The notes below the pieces were generated by a model. That model was not told the DNA's origin, made no database searches, and was given only the letters and a program-made list of their open reading frames with translations. The position numbers were made by a program, and so were the translations under genes. Below, in pieces: positions 58,051-64,000 of a DNA stretch of 64,000 nucleotides. This DNA is from Zygnema circumcarinatum SAG 698-1b (Eukaryota > Plantae > Zygnematophyceae): assembly GCA_037447605.1 (NCBI GenBank), contig CM074816.1, forward strand, positions 248,001-312,000, written 5' to 3'. Within the stretch, counting starts at the first letter, position 1, and every line of letters starts with the position of its first letter.

Positions 58051-61000
58051 ATGCAGGCTGCTGCGATGGCCACGTGGTGGCCCGCCCTCTTCCCTGCCCT
58101 CCTCCTCCTCCTCCTCACGTGCGGCATTGCGCCCGCCGCCTGCGTGCGCGTCTCCTCCGCCCAACAGAGTACCCTCTCCCCCTCTCTACCTCCAAAACCC
58201 TAAAACCCACTCCTCCCTAATCCCAAACTCCCCTGCTTTCCTGAACTCTAAACCCCCGTGCTCCTCCCTCCCTCCCTCCCTCCCTCCCTCCCTCCCTCCA
58301 TCCCTCCCTCCCTCCCTCCCGCAGAGATCATGGCGGACGTGAAGGCGAGCCTGGCCCCGGGGACGGACCTGCTGAGCTCGTGGGCGGCCGAGAGCGAGTG
58401 CACGGAGTGGCTCGGCGTGGAGTGCAGCGACGCTGGGGAGGTGATCTCGCTGTGAGTGGGGAAGGGAGGGAGGGTGGGAGGGAAGGATGGAGGGAGGGAG
58501 GGAGGGAGGAAGGGAGGGAGGGAAGGAGGGAGGGAGAGGAGGGAGGGAGGGAGGGAGGGAGGGAGGGAGAGGAGGGATGAAGGGAGGGAGGGCGGGAGGG
58601 AGGGCGTGACGCGTGTCACACGCACAGGGGGCGGGCTAGCAATGCAGGCGGGCAGGGCGGGCTCAGCGCCTCCGTGAATGGATCCAGAGGATCAACGGTT
58701 GGTTGAGGGATTTTTTGCAAGTTTGGATCAACTTTGTAAAAAGTTAGCTAAATGGGGGCCCTTTGGGTCTCCGTTTTTTCCTTTTCTCGATGTCTGCTTG
58801 AAATGCTGGGATTAATCTCAAGAGAACACCGAAAGAGTCTATCATAAAAATTGGCCCATTTTTATGAAATCAGTACTCTCTTATTAGGAAAACCGCCTGA
58901 GCAGTGTACTGTTTCGATGTTGCGCAAAGCACTCCATCGACATGCCACGTGTTGGCAGCATGAGTGCAGTTGCAATGCAGCAACTCGGCCCATTCCATGT
59001 CTGTCCGCGCTACAAGTTGACGCCACAACTCACCTTTGTCAGTGCCGCAAGTTGATCCCTCAATGGTTGTGTTGCTAGCCGACCCATCCATCCATGGTTG
59101 CTCCTCTCACAACTTGAGCCATTCATGCGGTCCCTGTCTCTTTGCGTCACGGCCCGATCCATGCCATGTCTGCCTGCGCCGCAGCGTGACCCATTCACAA
59201 CTAACTAACTAAACTAACTAACTAAACTAACTAACTAACTAACTGACTGACTAACTGCTTGTCTGCTTCTCTGCCATGCTAACAGGACTTCAAGAAGCAT
59301 ATATGAAAGCTTCCTCCTTCGATTTTTGCCAGTCATGCGTTGCTGCCATGATGCATATAGTCAGTAGAAACCGTATCGTCGATCTGAAGTGGTTTGCTGT
59401 CAATCCTCGCCACCTGCTGATTCTTAACACCTTCCATTCATTAGGACGAGAGTGCAGGTGTCATGTAAACCTCATCTTCTCAAATCGCAAGAATCATTCT
59501 GCCGGCAGTTGATTTCAACCCCCTGAAAAAACTGATGTTCAGCTCATTCATTTCCTTTAAGGGTAGTTTTGAATTTTGTCCATGAAACTTTGGTTGCAGG
59601 TTTCTGTCCCCTGATAATGTCACGCTGATTGGCGATACGGAAATGCGATCCAACCTCGACATCGGAGTGATTTTAGGGGGGACACTCACCTCAAGCATAA
59701 CGAAGCTGACTTCCCTCAAGGAGCTGTAAGTATGATGAACCTGTTTTATGTGTGATAAATCTATATTTCACCTGCTGACTTCGTGTAATTGAGTGATTTA
59801 TGTTTAAGATTAAGACTAGGGTTATTGAGCGTTAGTTTTAAGGATTCAATCTTGAAGCTGAAAGGGACCTTCTGCTTAGTATATCGCAGCCATATAGAAC
59901 TATTGTCTTCTGAGTTTCAGAATATGAGATTTGCAGGGTTTTGGTAAACACTGCGTTGACGGGCGAGCTGCCTGATGATATTGACAAGTTAACGGAGCTC
60001 GAAATTCTGTAAGTGCAATTTTTCATTCCAAGACACATTTGAGAGAGAGTTGACTTGGTGGCCAGAGTGCTGCAAATCGATCTCCTCATTTCAGGTGGAA
60101 AACTGAATCTTGGTTGGACTTTATCGATCTGGCAAGTCGGAAGTGATTCGATTTTTTGCATACATTGAAGCAGGAAATTGTTTCCACATCACACTTTGAA
60201 AATGAATCGAGCGCAATTCGTTGATTTTTTCTTCTTTTTCGCGGAGCAGGAACTTGAGCTATAACAGACTTTCGGGAGAATTACCAGCCGGTATGGGGAA
60301 GTTGAGCAAGCTGAAATTGATGTACGGCCGCCCTCTCTCTCTCTCCCTCTCTCCTCTCTCTCTCTCTGTACCCTCACTATCAATCGAACAGGGCAGCACC
60401 TTGCGCTGGAATCGCTTAAAAGGAATTCCCAGAAGCACGTTTATTTGCTCATAGAAAAACCTTTTTATGCGGTGACCATGCGTTGACCAAGCGTTGACCA
60501 TCTCAAAGACGGCTGAAAACTGCAACCTGAAGGTGACTGTCGAGGCGGCTGCCCCAAGAAGGCAGGATGTTTTCGCTCTTTAAAGAAAATCGCAGCATTC
60601 TTAATAAGACTTGGCAGGTTTTTCTTGAGTAAAGCGCATGGCTGCAATCATGTAGGAGGGGGAAGGTTCGGAGTTCGAACCTTGCTGCTGGAGGCAAAAT
60701 AGAACCTGAGCTGCCAGACCCGTGAAGACTGTGTTTCGATATTATCTCGATGTCGACTTGTGCGATATATGTCCCGATATTATCTCGATATTGACATATG
60801 GGAAATGTATCCCGATACTATCTCGATATTTGTCCGATTCGTCTGAATTCTGTCAATCCCTAGTCGTACGGAGGGCGTGGGTTCACTCTCCGTTCGCTGC
60901 GACGGGGACTTGAACTGAACGCAGTTTCTGTTGGACACGTGATGGGGGGATCCATGTGCTCAAGACTGTAATGGAACAGGTTGGGGGGAACTGTAACAGA

Positions 61001-63766
61001 ACTGCATGGGTAAAACAATGCGGCCGTGGCCGTACGGACTGTACGGACATGTTCCATGGGTTTTTCTTAAGATCAGTTATATTTTTGGAATCTGGAGGGA
61101 TTTGAGGTTTTTCAGACAGTGTTTATAGCTGTAATAACCTTTGGGTCAGAAGTGGAATCTTTATCACGTATGCTATTTTTTGAAGGTCAGAGCTGAAATT
61201 GTTCGAGGGAATTGAACTGAATTGACATTTTCTTTGATCGGATGGCGCAGGGATCTTGCCGTCAATGCTTTCAGTGGGAACCCTTCAAGCTTGAAGACCC
61301 TCACCCAGATCATAGACTTGTGAGGGCACTTTTCCATGAGGGAAAATCTTTGAACGAATAGAATTTCATTTTTTTTTCTTTGCAATGAATAACGAACCAC
61401 AATAGTAGTTGGTATGGCGTTCAATAAACGTTATGAATGTTCCTACTGATTCTGATTCAATTTTCTCCTCTTTGGCCCTCCTAGGGACCTCGCCCTAAAT
61501 GGCTTCAGCGGAGATGTAGACGACTTTTTGGGAGACTTCACGGAGCTGAAAAATTTGTAAGTTTGCAATTACTACCAGAACAGTACGGACGATGTAAAAA
61601 GATAGGGTACTTGATGACATCATGACATCATGACATCATCATCATCATCTTTTCTTTCACCCTTTTCTTTTTTTTTTTTTTGGAGCTGAAAGCAGAATAG
61701 CTGCTGCTATAGATGAATCGGAATCGCTGTTTATCTTCTGACTGAGCAATGCCTGAAAATTTCTCACTTGCAGGACATTATCTGTCAACAGTTTTACCGG
61801 AGGATTTCCAACACAGCTCTCGACCTTCAAAAGTCTTGAAGTCTTGTATGCCACGCTTCTTCAAACATCTGAAACCCTAAAATCCTTGCATGAAGTGCAG
61901 TCTGCTGGAAAGAGTGTGGGAAAGGATGGCGTCTTTTGTTTGAAGGGAATCTAGCAGTTTTCTCTCTAGCCACGAAGCATTTCTCCTCCCTCTATCTTTC
62001 CCTCTCTCCCTCCCCCTCTCCCTTCCTGTACCCCTCGCCTTCCTTACTCCCTCTCTCTCCGCCTAGCCCCCTCCCTCGCCACATGCCCGCCCCACCCCCT
62101 CCTCCCTGCCACCCTCCACTCCCTCCTCTCTCCTCCTCTCTCCTCCCTCCTCCCTCCTCCNNNNNNNNNNCTAAACCCCGTCCTCACCATTGGTTCTAAG
62201 AGACGATGCGGGTGTCTACTTGCGCAGGAAGCTAAGGTACATGGGCCTGGTCGGGCCCATTCCAGAAGCCATAAAAGGACTCGTTAACCTTCAATCTTTG
62301 TAAGTTGCAAGGCGCTATCTCGAAATTTCTTTTTTGTCGAAACTTTTAATCGTACCTGTGTTGGATGGCTTGCAAGAGATAGTAATCAAGTACTCGGACT
62401 TGGGTGTTGGGATCACCTATATATAAACTCTCGTTTCTTTTTTATGTAGCTTTGTATTAACGCACAACTAGTTGACTCATTTCAAATATTGAAGCGATAT
62501 GGAACGGTTTGGCTATAGATGATGGCAACTTGTTGTACTGTTTAGGGCCTTCACAGGTTTTAGGATCTCTAAGATTGTCATTTGTAAGAGAATTTTCTAA
62601 ATAATTTTCATCTTGCCTGTTGTGGCAGGGACATAAGCGAAAATACAATCACTGGAGGTCTTGAATTCATCGGTCTACTTAAAAATCTGCATGAGTTGTG
62701 AGTTCATCTCCCTGTTGGCTTCTTTCCAAACAAATTCTATGATTTAACTGTCCAAGGAAACTGAATTTCGTTTTCCAATTTGTGCACATCAAGGAGCGAA
62801 GTACACAGATGTGCAAAGAATCTCGAAAGGAAAAAAGAGCTGAGCACCTCCTTCTGGAGAAGGATCAGATGAATCTTTGAGCTCATTTGTATTGGACCTT
62901 CATGAACATGTTTTCATGTGCTAACTATCACCTTTGATTTTTTAAAGCTTCTGGTCCTCAAAATGGCGCCTTTGTAACTCTTCTTTCACGATGGTTTTTC
63001 CTTTTCAGTGCTTGCGTTTACTGCAACCTCGAAGGGACTCTGCCTTCATCATTTGGAGACTTAACGAAGTTGGAATTCTTGTAAGCTCCTTTCATCACTT
63101 CACTATGCTGCTCTCATTTCTGTCGTTTCACCTGTTCCTTTTCTGTACATTCTGTAGTCTAAGTCTGTGATGCGACTTAGAGCTTCACTAGAGAACTGCC
63201 TTCATCAAAAATGGAAAGAATGAATGGAAAACAGACCGTACTTAATCGTTTTTGAACAGATTATGATTTATATATCTGTTGTCAACGTTCAATCTTTCCG
63301 TGTATGAGGGTTCTATGTGTTGTTTTGTGTTATTACCATTGCAGGTACTTGTATGAAAACAAATTCGAAGGTGGCATACCTTCCGGCATCGTCAACTTGC
63401 CCAATATGATTTCTTTGTGAGTTCACGTGCTCGACCGAAGGTGCTTCCGTTTATTTTTTAACATTGCAACGGTTGACTGTCACATGGAACAACTTCTAGA
63501 GCGTTATTTATAGAAATTCCATTGCCATACGAAAACGCAGTAAAACCCTTGAAATGCTAAAACCAATGACATCTTGGAGCACTTATTCCTACAACCATGA
63601 AACCCGGAACTCCTTTAACTTCAGTTGCTTGGTGATCCACAAACCCTAAAAATCTGAACCCTAAATGCGTGTATGCGAAAATTATTTCTCACAGGGACCT
63701 GCGATGGAACACCTTCACGGGAGAAATTCCGGACCGCTCCTCGTCACTGCCAGTAATTCAATATCT
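58051..63766 (+). CDS. LRR receptor-like protein or kinase, 5' part (continues past the window end)
   Basis: Signal-peptide exon 58051-58168; LRRNT exon 58325-58451 (LLSSW..CTEWLGVEC); LRR exons 59600-59725, 59937-60008, 60250-60321, 61251-61319, 61485-61556, 61774-61845, 62228-62299, 62629-62697, 63009-63080, 63345-63416, 63695-63766, all phase 2-2. No TM or kinase inside the window. Confidence 0.9.
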
Positions 63767-64000
63767 GTATGTATTCTTTCAAAAAAAACATGAATCTCTT
63801 TTGACTCACGCAAGTGACATAGGATAAAAGGTTCATCTTTACTGTACGCAGATTTGAAATTTGACTAATCAGCCCAAGTTTGTTCCTTCATGGAAGAAAA
63901 AAAAAAAAAAAATTCTGTGGATCAGAGTGTGTTCCAGAACTAGTATTTGTTCAAACTCTTTATCATCAACACTCTATTTTGTGTGTTCAAACATCAGAAC

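Noticed and set aside
59287-59365. Extra exon in the second LRR gene after the CTAAC array
   Set aside because: A phase-compatible reading exists but is not LRR-like and the donor is weak; unsupported without RNA data.

Overview
Intron-rich eukaryotic nuclear DNA from a draft scaffold with eight 10-N gaps. The gene content and style suggest a streptophyte green alga, probably Closterium-like (inference). I rebuilt eight genes by hand from splice sites and protein motifs. They are a Y-family DNA polymerase with an iota-type core (+, 5' end outside the window), a large mosaic secreted-protein gene (+), squalene synthase (-), CCDC93 (-), an alliinase/TAR-type PLP aminotransferase (+), ROMO1/MGR2 (+), a PIG-X/PBN1-like gene (+) and the 5' part of an LRR receptor-like gene (+). 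The main result is the gene at 8677-23877. Its exons join in frame into about 1,240 codons: signal peptide, NIDO, Pro-rich linker, LRRNT/LRRs, EGF, a papain-family Cys protease with intact catalytic residues, two more EGF modules and four LysM domains. It also carries a diverged duplicate of its LRR cassette that cannot be spliced in series with the first copy. The ORF track misses this gene because its exons are short. Most long ORFs in the track are artefacts of intronic GA/CT tracts. Introns also hold telomere-like arrays, and the intergenic DNA holds several non-autonomous DNA transposons. All calls come from motif recognition by eye; no database search was run.
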